Shown in pieces: positions 7,314 to 15,752 of a stretch of 64,000 nt of DNA (its first letter is position 1; every line of letters begins with the position of its first letter). The notes beneath the pieces are model-generated. The model was not told the DNA's origin. It saw only the letters and a program-made list of their open reading frames with translations, and ran no database searches. The stretch covers positions 2,470 to 66,469 of the forward strand of contig JAJYMS010000134.1 in assembly GCA_021786825.1 (NCBI GenBank). The letters run 5' to 3'. Made by a program: the position numbers and the translations under genes. Source of the stretch: Bacillota bacterium. GTDB taxonomy: Bacteria; Bacillota; Sulfobacillia; JAMDAP01; JAJYMS01.

Positions 7314-8249
7314 ATGAACGGCGAGCATTCCCGCGACGACCTGTCCCGGCAGTTGAGCGCTTTGCAAGACCAGTTCGCCATCTACCAACGCGACCAGGAG
7401 TACCTCCAGTCGGTTGCCGACATGAAACGGGCCTGGCTGGAGCGGGGAGAAGACAACGTAGACGCCAGTCACCCCTTGGTGCTGGACCTTTACATTCCAC
7501 CCGAAACCAAGAAGGTCAAACGCGCCTTCCTGCGGCTCAGGCTGAAGCCGTTTCGGGCGTACAGTACCGGAGCGGCCTCGGGCGGCGGGGCGGCCGTCAC
7601 CAGTTCGGCGAGCGGGGTCCATCGCCACAGGATGTTTGCCCTGGAGGGCCTCAGTGACCTAGAGACTGTTGCCAGCGCTGGTGCCGGTGGACACGGTCAC
7701 ACCACTGACTCCGCGCCCACCCACAATCATGGGGTCACCGGCGGGACACTGCTCGCCACCGGAACGAGTGACCCCCATCCTACCGTTACCTGGGTAGAGA
7801 GCGGGGCACACTCCCACGCGACGGACGCTGTCGCTGACCACACCCATACCTACTTTAAGCCGAAACGGGCAACGACCTATCACGCCCTGATCGACCCCGG
7901 CAAACTGCAATACGGCATAGTGGCCTTCAGTGAGGGCTACTCTGCTGTCAACGCTTTCGATCTCTACACTTACGATGCTGCGGCCAGTCACGACCACGCT
8001 GTCGCGATCCCAAGTCACACCCACGGCATGACCTATGGCATCTATGCATCCACAACAGCGAGTGCCGTGCAGGTCGCCATCAACGGGACCAACCGCACGG
8101 CGGCGTTGGGTGGGCCATTCAGCACTGACGCCGACTCGCTGGATATTACCCAGTACCTGACCCCGACGGGTTGGAACACCGTGGAGTTGGGCTCCGCCAC
8201 CCTGGGGCGTCTCGGCGCGACCGCGTTTGTAGAACTCTATCTTCCGTAG
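7314..8249 (+). CDS. His-x-His repeat protein, candidate fibre/receptor-binding (tail-collar-like) protein
   Basis: 311 aa from ATG 7314 (AAAGGTGG RBS). It carries seven HxH motifs (HRH, HGH, HNH, HSH, HTH, HDH, HTH), e.g. AIPSHTHGMTYGIY, then a beta-rich C-terminal domain. The pattern recalls metal-binding HxH repeats of phage fibre tips and tail-collar proteins. Confidence 0.72.
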   Translation: MNGEHSRDDLSRQLSALQDQFAIYQRDQEYLQSVADMKRAWLERGEDNVDASHPLVLDLYIPPETKKVKRAFLRLRLKPFRAYSTGAASGGGAAVTSSASGVHRHRMFALEGLSDLETVASAGAGGHGHTTDSAPTHNHGVTGGTLLATGTSDPHPTVTWVESGAHSHATDAVADHTHTYFKPKRATTYHALIDPGKLQYGIVAFSEGYSAVNAFDLYTYDAAASHDHAVAIPSHTHGMTYGIYASTTASAVQVAINGTNRTAALGGPFSTDADSLDITQYLTPTGWNTVELGSATLGRLGATAFVELYLP

Positions 8250-8316
8250 TTCCGCCTCATCAACGAGGCGCCGCAGTCAACACGCTGATCGCCACCCTGG
8301 AAAGGGGAAGTAACTC

Positions 8317-11300
8317 ATGCCCTTCACACCTGAGGGCAAGCGGAGGCCGTGGACACCCGAAGAACTCGCTCAACTCCAGGCCAAGCGTGCCCCTACCGCG
8401 CCGTTGCCTGCGAGCACGGCTCCCAAGCCGTCGGAGCCCGCCCCCTTCGCCAAGGCCGCCAAGGCCCTGGCCGCCCGACTGGCCGAAATCCAACCGGCCT
8501 CCGAGGTGCCCGAGTTGCCGGAACCGACCCCGGCCAGCTTCGGCGCCCTCCGCCAAGTTGAAGCGCCGACGGGTCCCGAGGAGACCTTCCTGGAGCGGGT
8601 GGGCGACCGGATCAAGGAACTATACGAGGGGACCAGGGAGGTCGGCCAGTACCTCGTGAGCGGTGCCTCTGGGTCCCTGAGGGTGCCCCAACTGGCCCGC
8701 TCCGCCGCCAAGCACAACGTCACCGGGGCCGAGGGGGTTCTGCCGCCGCAGGAGGTCACCGGGTCCCCGGACTACGGGAACCTCAACCCCGCCTACTTTG
8801 GCATCAAGCCGGTGGAGGAGGCCAGGCACATCCCGCAGTGGGTGGCTGAGATGGCCACGGGTGCCGGCGAGGTCGCGCCCTACGTCCTTGGCGGGGCAGT
8901 GTTGGGCACTCTGGGGGCCGGTGCGGAGGCCGTCGGCGGTGAGGGAGCCGCCAAACTGTTGACCAAGGTGGCCCCGCGTCTGGCCCGGGCGCGGGCCGGC
9001 CAGGCGCTGACCGGCCTCGTTGGCCCGGCCGTCAGGGTCGGCGCCGAGATGGCCGCGGTCACCGCCGGCCAGAAGCTCGCCGACCTGGCGACTCAGGATC
9101 GGCCTATCACCGGTCTCGACCTGGCCGGCGCAGGCAAGGAGATCGCCGGTGGCTTCCTGGCCGGCGCGGGCCTGGGTGTCGCCGGGAGGGTGGCTGGCGA
9201 ACCCGTCCGCAAGGTCCTGGGGAGGAGCCTGGGGGGTGCCACAACATCCGGAATCGAAGGAGCCGTCCGCCGCGGGACCGTCGCCGCCACGGGCGGCGCG
9301 GCAACCGGTGCTACGCTGGCCGTCCTGAACACCGGCTTCCAGGCCCTGGCGCATCCCGGGCAGTTCAACGCCGGGCAGGCCACTTCCACCGCCCTGCGCG
9401 AAACGGCGTTCTTCGGGTTACTCGACGCCGTGATGTCGGCCATGCAAGGGTCCGTACCGAAAGCCGGGGCGTTCAAGTTCAGGCCCGGGGAGGCACCCGT
9501 GCCCGTTGGTGCGGGTGGCCCTCGCCGCGAAGGCTACACCGAAGTCCGGCCTGGGGTTTGGCTGAAGGCCGATCCCGCGACCGGCCGCCCGGCGGAAGCC
9601 ATAGTGGAACCGGCCAGGTACGGGGACTGGCGGACCAGGGAGGCCGCCGAACCGGGCGCGTCCGCCACCGCCGGGGTGGAGTCCGAGCTGGGCAGGCGCG
9701 TGGATGAGGTGGTGGGCGACATCGCCCCCCCGGCCGGCTTGTCCGTTGAACTCGTGGGGGGGCCGGGCCCCCGCCAGACGGAGGACGGCTTTGCCTTCTC
9801 AAACCCCGAGATCGAGGCCCGCTACCAGGCGGCGCACGGTGTCCGCGCCCCCGGCCTGGGGGCGAAGGCGCGGGAGCTTCTGGGGTCACTCTACCGCAAG
9901 GCCACCCGCGAATACGAGTGGCTTCCGCACACACCCGAATTTGCCCCCCTCCGCTTTAACCTGCTGCGCCTGAGCAAGCAGAAAGGCGTGGCCGGTGATA
10001 GAACCCTCAGGCTTCAGCAGGGGATCACCATCGGCCTGAAAGGCGACCCCAAGGGGTTCAGCCTGTTCGAGCGCAAGGTTCTCCTGGACGACCTGGCCGA
10101 GGAGGCCGAGGCCGGACACGACCTGCCCTTCGGGTTTAACCGCGAGGTCCTGGCGGCGGACAAGGCACGCCTTGACGCCGAGGCAGCAAAGAACCCCGCG
10201 ATTGGGGAGGCCGTCGCCCAGCGCCGGCAGGTCTGGGAGGCGATCAAGGGGGACTACATCGAGGCCATGCAGGCCGTGGGGTTCGATGTCGCCGACCGTT
10301 TCACCCGGGAGAACTACTTCCGCCATCAGGTCTTGGAGTACGCCAACGTCCGGGGGCTGTCCGGTACCGGCGGCAAGCTCCGGACGCCGACGGGGAGAGG
10401 CTTTCTTAGACAGCGGGAGGGCAGCGCCTACGACATCAACACCAACTACCTTCAGGCCGAGCACGAGGTCATGGCGCAGATGCTCTATGACATCGAAGTG
10501 GCCAAGGTGATCAAGTTTGTCGGCGACAGGTACAACATCGCCCCCCTGCTCAAGGCCGAGGGCACCGACTGGAGGAAGTCTATTCCCGCCGGGTACACGG
10601 CCTGGCAGCCCGGGGAGGGCAATACCTTCTACTTCGCCGACTCCGTCCCGGCCCGGGTGGCTGAACGGCTTTACTCCGGCGCCCTGAAGGAAATCGGCGT
10701 CGGCGCCGACGAGTTGCGGCGCGTGCTGGCCTTGGGTCAGCGTTTCCCGGAGATGGTGGTCAAAGAAGAGGTCGCCAAGACGCTCGACAACCTCACCAGG
10801 AGCCGCCCGGCCGACCCGATCCGCGACGTGGCCCGGGGCCTCCTCACCAGGTGGAAGATCTGGCAACTAATCAACCCGCTGCGGTTCCTCAAGTACAACT
10901 TCAACAACCTTTCCGGCGACGCGGACGCGGTTTTCGCCGGCAACCCCTCCACCTTTAAGAAGGCTCCCCAGGCCGCCAGCGAACTGTACCGGGTTTTCGC
11001 CGGGGACGGCGCCATGTCTGACGAGATGCGCGAGTGGTTCAACCGCGGCGGCATGCAGTCTACCCTCCAGGTCCAGGAGCTCGGGGACATCAACCAGCTT
11101 CGCATGTTCCAGGACCTCCTCGACCAAAAGGGTTCGTGGCGAGAGGTCCCGACCCGGGTCTGGCAAGCTTACTGGAAGAAGGCGCGGCTGTCCACCGACT
11201 TCCGGGAGGCCATTCTCCGGTACGCGGCTTACCTCGATTACCTCGAACAGATGCAGGGACGCGGCGGCCGGCCCCGGAACTTCGGGGCTTCAATCCCATC

Positions 11301-12465
11301 GGAGATCATGGCCCTCGACGACATCCGGGACCGGGCCTTTTGGCTCTCCAACGACCTGCTGGGCGCTTACGACAAGGTGTCCGTGCTGGGTCAGGGGTTG
11401 CGGGAGTATTGGTATCCCTTCTGGTCGTGGAAGGAGATCAACTTCAAACGGTATGTCCAACTGATCAAGAACGCGGCCTGGGACGAGGGACTGGCGCGGG
11501 TCACGGCCGCCAAACTGGTGCCCGTGCTGGCCCGGCGGTCCCCGGTGATCGCCCTCAGGGTCGGGGCGTTCGCGCTCCGGGCGGCGGGACTGGTGGCCCT
11601 GCTTTCGGCCTGGAACCATCTGCGGTATCCTGACGAAGAGGAAAGACTGCCGGCAGACGTCCGTGACCGGCCGCACCTGATCCTGGGGACGGACGCCAAG
11701 GGCAACATCAGATACACGGACCGGCTGGGGGCCCTCCCCGACTTCTTGCAGTGGTTCGGGCTGGAGAGCCCGCGGGCGCTCGTCCGCGACTACCTGAACG
11801 GGCACAAATCGGTCGCCCAGGTTGCAGTCGAGATGGCGAAGGCCCCTGTGAACGTCCTGGTGCAGGGGTTTGGGCCGCAAAAGACGCTGGTCGAGGTGGT
11901 CACCGGCAAGAGGCTGTACCCGGACCTGTTCGAGCCGGGCCCCGTCCGCAACGCCGGCCTTCACATCGCCCAGAGCCTCAGCCTGGGGGACGTATACTCC
12001 CGGCTGAAGGGGCTGCCGACCCGTCCGTTTGACCCCGGAAGCCTCCTCCATAAGGTGGCGGATCCGGGCGAGGCGGCGTACTACGACATTCTCGACGCCA
12101 AGCAGGAATTCCTGAAGAGCAAGGGCAAGCCGGGCGGGTACCGGGGGTCGGTGAGCCCCACCAGCCAGGCGCTGTACTACCTGAAGCTGGCCGCCCGCTA
12201 TGGCGACCGGGAGGCGTTTGGGAAGTACCTGCTCGAGTTCGCCAACCTCGGCGGTTCGGCCAAAGGACTGGGGACATCACTCCGGAACCTGAACTCCCTG
12301 GATGGCCTGACGGCCCCCGAAGCCCAGGAGTTCATCACCAGGTGGCTTGACGCTGAAGGGCGCCAGCGGCTGGCAACGGCAGAACGGTTTTACAAGGAGA
12401 CCCTCCTGGGCAACACTGCCCGATTCTTTCAAGAGGCGGTCCGAAAGAGGAGCGCCCGCCCCTGA
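8317..12465 (+). CDS. giant hypothetical protein (1382 aa), unassigned function
   Basis: Single uninterrupted ORF with RBS GGAAAGGGGAAG. It has a Pro/Ala-rich N-terminal linker and a long Gly/Ala-rich hydrophobic stretch (GAGEVAPYVLGGAVLGTLGAGAEAVGG...). A large helical C-terminal part carries motifs such as RENYFRHQVLEY and INPLRFLKYNFNNLSGD. There is no P-loop or any catalytic motif I can name. Confidence 0.9.
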   Translation: MPFTPEGKRRPWTPEELAQLQAKRAPTAPLPASTAPKPSEPAPFAKAAKALAARLAEIQPASEVPELPEPTPASFGALRQVEAPTGPEETFLERVGDRIKELYEGTREVGQYLVSGASGSLRVPQLARSAAKHNVTGAEGVLPPQEVTGSPDYGNLNPAYFGIKPVEEARHIPQWVAEMATGAGEVAPYVLGGAVLGTLGAGAEAVGGEGAAKLLTKVAPRLARARAGQALTGLVGPAVRVGAEMAAVTAGQKLADLATQDRPITGLDLAGAGKEIAGGFLAGAGLGVAGRVAGEPVRKVLGRSLGGATTSGIEGAVRRGTVAATGGAATGATLAVLNTGFQALAHPGQFNAGQATSTALRETAFFGLLDAVMSAMQGSVPKAGAFKFRPGEAPVPVGAGGPRREGYTEVRPGVWLKADPATGRPAEAIVEPARYGDWRTREAAEPGASATAGVESELGRRVDEVVGDIAPPAGLSVELVGGPGPRQTEDGFAFSNPEIEARYQAAHGVRAPGLGAKARELLGSLYRKATREYEWLPHTPEFAPLRFNLLRLSKQKGVAGDRTLRLQQGITIGLKGDPKGFSLFERKVLLDDLAEEAEAGHDLPFGFNREVLAADKARLDAEAAKNPAIGEAVAQRRQVWEAIKGDYIEAMQAVGFDVADRFTRENYFRHQVLEYANVRGLSGTGGKLRTPTGRGFLRQREGSAYDINTNYLQAEHEVMAQMLYDIEVAKVIKFVGDRYNIAPLLKAEGTDWRKSIPAGYTAWQPGEGNTFYFADSVPARVAERLYSGALKEIGVGADELRRVLALGQRFPEMVVKEEVAKTLDNLTRSRPADPIRDVARGLLTRWKIWQLINPLRFLKYNFNNLSGDADAVFAGNPSTFKKAPQAASELYRVFAGDGAMSDEMREWFNRGGMQSTLQVQELGDINQLRMFQDLLDQKGSWREVPTRVWQAYWKKARLSTDFREAILRYAAYLDYLEQMQGRGGRPRNFGASIPSEIMALDDIRDRAFWLSNDLLGAYDKVSVLGQGLREYWYPFWSWKEINFKRYVQLIKNAAWDEGLARVTAAKLVPVLARRSPVIALRVGAFALRAAGLVALLSAWNHLRYPDEEERLPADVRDRPHLILGTDAKGNIRYTDRLGALPDFLQWFGLESPRALVRDYLNGHKSVAQVAVEMAKAPVNVLVQGFGPQKTLVEVVTGKRLYPDLFEPGPVRNAGLHIAQSLSLGDVYSRLKGLPTRPFDPGSLLHKVADPGEAAYYDILDAKQEFLKSKGKPGGYRGSVSPTSQALYYLKLAARYGDREAFGKYLLEFANLGGSAKGLGTSLRNLNSLDGLTAPEAQEFITRWLDAEGRQRLATAERFYKETLLGNTARFFQEAVRKRSARP

Positions 12466-12501
12466 GCCGGGGGAAGGTCTGCGGAAAGAAGGTGAGCATT
12501 G

Positions 12502-12825
12502 ATGCCTTACAAGGATCCCGGCAAGCGGCGGGACTACGCCCGGGAATACGGCCGGCTTCGGAGAGCGGGGGGGCGTCAAACCCCTGGTCAAACCCTGGTG
12601 CCCCTGCCCTTCCGACTGCGCACCGCTCACGACATCCTGGCCCTGCTGGCGGAGCAGGTGGCCGCCGTCAGGGCCGAGGCGGACGCCGGGACGTTGGAGA
12701 AGGCCCGCACCGTCGGCTACCTCTCGGGAATCGCCCTGAAAACCGTCGAAGTGACCGACCTGGAGGCCCGGCTGAAAGTGCTCGAGGACCGGCTCGCCCA
12801 AGACGTCAAGTTGCGGCGGGCGTGA
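12502..12825 (+). CDS. hypothetical protein (basic N-terminus PYKDPGKRRDYAREYGRLRR, helical C-terminus)
   Basis: 107-aa ORF from ATG 12502, with GAAAGAAGGTGAG upstream. It has better protein-like composition than the overlapping frame 12492-12830. Confidence 0.6.
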   Translation: MPYKDPGKRRDYAREYGRLRRAGGRQTPGQTLVPLPFRLRTAHDILALLAEQVAAVRAEADAGTLEKARTVGYLSGIALKTVEVTDLEARLKVLEDRLAQDVKLRRA

Positions 12826-12830
12826 CAACG

Positions 12831-13319
12831 ATGGAGGTGGAGAACGTAGGTTTGAAGCGGCGGATCGAGCGTCTTGAAGTTGCCGTCCGGGGCGCGGCCG
12901 CCGGCCTCTGCCCGGTCTGTGGCGGCCGGCCTTTCGTCATTCTCCCCGCGGCTGAGGTTGAGCGCCGACTCGCGGAGTTGGGCGACGCAAAGGGCAGCCC
13001 GCATGGGGACACCCCCATTTGTCACTGCCTCGTGCTGGGCCCCGAGGAGGTCGACCGGCGGATTGCGCTGCTCAACCTCGAGCCAGTCGCGGAGCTCCCC
13101 CCAGGCCCTGCTGAGCGCGAGCCCGAACCCGCCGTGACCGCCCCTGACCAAGCGCGGCCAGCAGTGCCCCGGCGAGAGGCAGAGCCGCCGGTACGGGCCC
13201 CCGTGGCCGTGGCCAGGGAGGCCCAGGCCGAGAAGGCCCGGCCGCCCGCCCCCCAGGCCGACAGAAGCCCTCAGGGCGAACAGGACGACGATCATCCCGG
13301 GGTGGGGTTTCGTTGGTGA
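12831..13319 (+). CDS. hypothetical zinc-ribbon-like protein with Pro-rich C-terminal half
   Basis: 162 aa from ATG 12831, directly after the upstream stop codon. It has a CPVCGG...CHC cysteine pattern followed by a PEPAVTAPDQARPAVPRREAEPPVRAP low-complexity tail. Confidence 0.55.
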   Translation: MEVENVGLKRRIERLEVAVRGAAAGLCPVCGGRPFVILPAAEVERRLAELGDAKGSPHGDTPICHCLVLGPEEVDRRIALLNLEPVAELPPGPAEREPEPAVTAPDQARPAVPRREAEPPVRAPVAVAREAQAEKARPPAPQADRSPQGEQDDDHPGVGFRW

Positions 13320-13520
13320 GGAAGGGGACAAGTGGCAACTTACCGCCTCCAATGACCTTCTCCGCGTTGTCTCAATGTGGCTGGGTAACAGGGGGGTGCT
13401 CGCGTGGGGCGCGACGGCGACCAACAAGGCGGCCTGCAGCACCGTCCGGGTTAGAGGAATATCACACCGCGGTCGGGAATAGTCGCCCACCGAGGTCTGC
13501 TGAAAGAGGGGGCGCAAGGG

Positions 13521-13910
13521 ATGAAACGGCTGGTGGTACCGAGCATTCTGGTGGTGCTGCTTCTCTTGGCCATGGCATTTCGATGGACGCCTTGGCGCAC
13601 CTTGTTTACCTCTTCCCAGTCCCCAAACCAGGTGAGTTACCGCGAAGATCGCTGGAGCGGGCGGCGATGGGTACTACTGATTGGCATGGCGGGTCCGGAT
13701 AACGAAAAGCAGCTTGTCGCGTTGGAGCGTCCCGCCCTCCGCCAAGTTGTCGCCCCCGAGAAGGTGCGCGAAACGGAACAGGCGATCGCTACAACTAGAG
13801 ACCGCTGGACACAGGCCTGGTGGGGAGCTCTCCTTGCGGCGGCGGTGTGGTTACGCATCGCTGTGCGGCAACAGCGAAAGGTGTCCCGAGTCGAGGAGCC
13901 ACCGGCATAG
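13521..13910 (+). CDS. hypothetical membrane protein (N- and C-terminal hydrophobic helices)
   Basis: 129 aa with an AAAGAGGGGG RBS. The N-terminal segment is MKRLVVPSILVVLLLLAMAF and the C-terminal segment is WWGALLAAAVWLRIAV. Confidence 0.65.
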   Translation: MKRLVVPSILVVLLLLAMAFRWTPWRTLFTSSQSPNQVSYREDRWSGRRWVLLIGMAGPDNEKQLVALERPALRQVVAPEKVRETEQAIATTRDRWTQAWWGALLAAAVWLRIAVRQQRKVSRVEEPPA

Positions 13911-13944
13911 GAAGGAAAAGCCCTCGAGGTGAAACCCCGAGGGC
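13911..13944 (-). terminator. rho-independent terminator for the reverse-strand cargo genes
   Basis: Hairpin 13920-13944 (GCCCTCGAGG/CCCCGAGGGC), followed on the minus strand by TTTTCCTTC. It lies between convergent genes. Confidence 0.45.
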
Positions 13945-14045
13945 AGGGGCGAGTTATAAGTATCGAGCCCGGTACACCACCTTCGCCAGCCCGTGCCGCG
14001 GATCTAACGCCCCCGGCCAAGTCGACTCCACACAGGTCTTGGGAC

Positions 14046-14729
14046 TTAGGGAACGTACTTCGTCCCGACGAGAAGGCGGCCTCTCTCGCGGCTGCCATTG
14101 CCGTCCAACTCGATGTCGACCCACTGCCTGCGTTGATCATCCCACCTTCCGATGGTGCGGTACTGCCGGTTGAATACATCTAGATACACTACTTCCAAGA
14201 GCGTGCCGTAATCTTCCGCTGGTGTGCATAGTTGGCCCCCGGTCCGACTCCGAACGACCTCGGTGCGATCGGACTTCGGGGGGACCAGCCCTATCAATGT
14301 TTCGAAGAGTGTTCTAGCACTTCCATCCCAAAGGCGAACCAGCACGTCCAACGCCGGACCGGGCCCACAATTGTCGACCTGTAGACACTCGCCGGCGCGC
14401 CCAAAGGGCGAGTGCGTTAATACCCTACCTGGTTCCTGCAACTGAGGAGCCCCAAACGGGACAATGATTGGGCGCACTGCAGCCCACCGCTCCTCGCGCA
14501 TTTCGTTTAAGGCGCCCTCAGCCGCTCTAGCCTGTTTCCGCTGAGCTACCGCTTGCACTTGTGCCCATACAACCACCGCGGCGGTAACAAGTAGATTGCC
14601 CACGGTCGCGAGGGCCATGACTACGGCGGATTTCTGTTCAAGCCAGGAGAAGGCAGCGGCGACCGGTGACCACACTGACCATAACAACCCCACTGCACGC
14701 TCCTCTCTCGGGAGACGGACTGTGCGCAC
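14046..14729 (-). CDS. hypothetical membrane-anchored protein (two N-terminal hydrophobic helices, beta-rich C-terminal domain)
   Basis: 227-aa ORF in a segment that looks lower in GC than its surroundings. The helices are LLWSVWSPVAAAFSWL and AVVMALATVGNLLVTAAVVVWAQV. The start codon is uncertain (GTG 14729 has no clear RBS). Confidence 0.6.
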   Translation of the reverse strand: MRTVRLPREERAVGLLWSVWSPVAAAFSWLEQKSAVVMALATVGNLLVTAAVVVWAQVQAVAQRKQARAAEGALNEMREERWAAVRPIIVPFGAPQLQEPGRVLTHSPFGRAGECLQVDNCGPGPALDVLVRLWDGSARTLFETLIGLVPPKSDRTEVVRSRTGGQLCTPAEDYGTLLEVVYLDVFNRQYRTIGRWDDQRRQWVDIELDGNGSRERGRLLVGTKYVP

Positions 14730-14794
14730 TTGGGGGGGGCCAGTCCCCTTAGAATGGCTTGCCTGGAGTTTGAGGTCCTGGTGAATGAGCCAAC

Positions 14795-15040
14795 CTAGAC
14801 GGCGTTTCTCCGGACTGGCCGCCCCCCCGCAGGGGCGGCTTCCGTTTCCTTTTGATCCCGCTCCAGCTTTCGCTCCCAGTCCTTCCCCAGGTACTCGTCG
14901 AGGTCGGCCCGCCGGATGTAAACTTGGCGCCCGAACCGAGTCGCCGGGAGTTTCTCTTGGCGGGCCAATTCGTAGACCCTGTCGCGAGTCAGTCCGGCGA
15001 GTTGAGAAAACTCTTTGGCCGTAAGCAGTGCTTTCTTCAA
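14795..15040 (-). CDS. excisionase-type HTH_17 DNA-binding protein (paralog 2)
   Basis: Starts at TTG 15040 with AGGAGGTG 8 nt upstream (the ORF track extends to 15127). The sequence LLTAKEFSQLAGLTRDRVYELARQEKLPATRFGRQVYIRRADLDEYL matches the family pattern. Confidence 0.68.
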   Translation of the reverse strand: MKKALLTAKEFSQLAGLTRDRVYELARQEKLPATRFGRQVYIRRADLDEYLGKDWERKLERDQKETEAAPAGGRPVRRNAV

Positions 15041-15220
15041 AGCTGCTGCACCTCCTGTTTGTGGCTTTTTCGGCCCCTTAGCATGGCCCTGGAAGCGGGG
15101 CCAGCCGACTTCGGACCCTCTGGTCAAGTTCTGCGCGCCCTCACACTCTTCTTGTCGAATCCCACCAAGAGAGTCCCCCCTCTCTGTGCGGGAGGGGGAA
15201 GGCCTGCTCGGGTGAGCACC

Positions 15221-15442
15221 TTATTTCGTCCGGCCCTTGCCCTTGGGCAACGGAGCCAGCAACGTGTCGAGTTCATCTTGTCGGTAGCGCTTGTCGTCGG
15301 TGCCCGCCAGGGCGTAGGGTATGATCCTGCCGTCACGCACCATCCGGTAGAAGGTGGCCTTCGATATTCGGAGGTGCTCCATAGCCTGCTTAGGGGTCAT
15401 CCATACTGGTGCCAATGCTTGCGCCTCCTCGGTCTCCATCAT
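15221..15442 (-). CDS. excisionase-type HTH_17 DNA-binding protein (paralog 3)
   Basis: Starts at ATG 15442 with GAGG upstream (the ORF track extends to 15529). The sequence MTPKQAMEHLRISKATFYRMVRDGRIIPYALAGTDDKRYRQDELDTLL matches the family pattern. Confidence 0.68.
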   Translation of the reverse strand: MMETEEAQALAPVWMTPKQAMEHLRISKATFYRMVRDGRIIPYALAGTDDKRYRQDELDTLLAPLPKGKGRTK

Positions 15443-15587
15443 ATCAGCCTCAAAGGGGTTCGTAAAGAGTCTTAAGGTCTCACTGGGTATTGACCTGGGT
15501 GATTCTATATGATACCATAGGACACGCAACAGCCATGCGGACGCGGACTTGGTACTTCCGGCGTGAGCACGTGGGGGAGGTAGGAAG

Positions 15588-15752
15588 ATGAATCTAGAAA
15601 CCGGCCATCAACCCAAGATTTCCGGCGATGGAGTCCTGACTGTGGTGGAGGATCCGGAGCTGAAATCAATTCAGTACATCCTGCTGGGCGCAACACTCGT
15701 CATCGGGTCATCTGCATCAGAACAGGAGGGCAAACAAAATGCCGAAGCCTGA
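15588..15752 (+). CDS. hypothetical small protein (54 aa), paralog of the next ORF; below the ORF-track length cut-off
   Basis: ATG 15588 is preceded by GGGGGAGGTAGGAAG. The translation is MNLETGHQPKISGDGVLTVVEDPELKSIQYILLGATLVIGSSASEQEGKQNAEA. It shares the core VV(E/R)(D/E)PELKSI with ORF 15739-15978 and overlaps it by 14 nt. Confidence 0.45.
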   Translation: MNLETGHQPKISGDGVLTVVEDPELKSIQYILLGATLVIGSSASEQEGKQNAEA

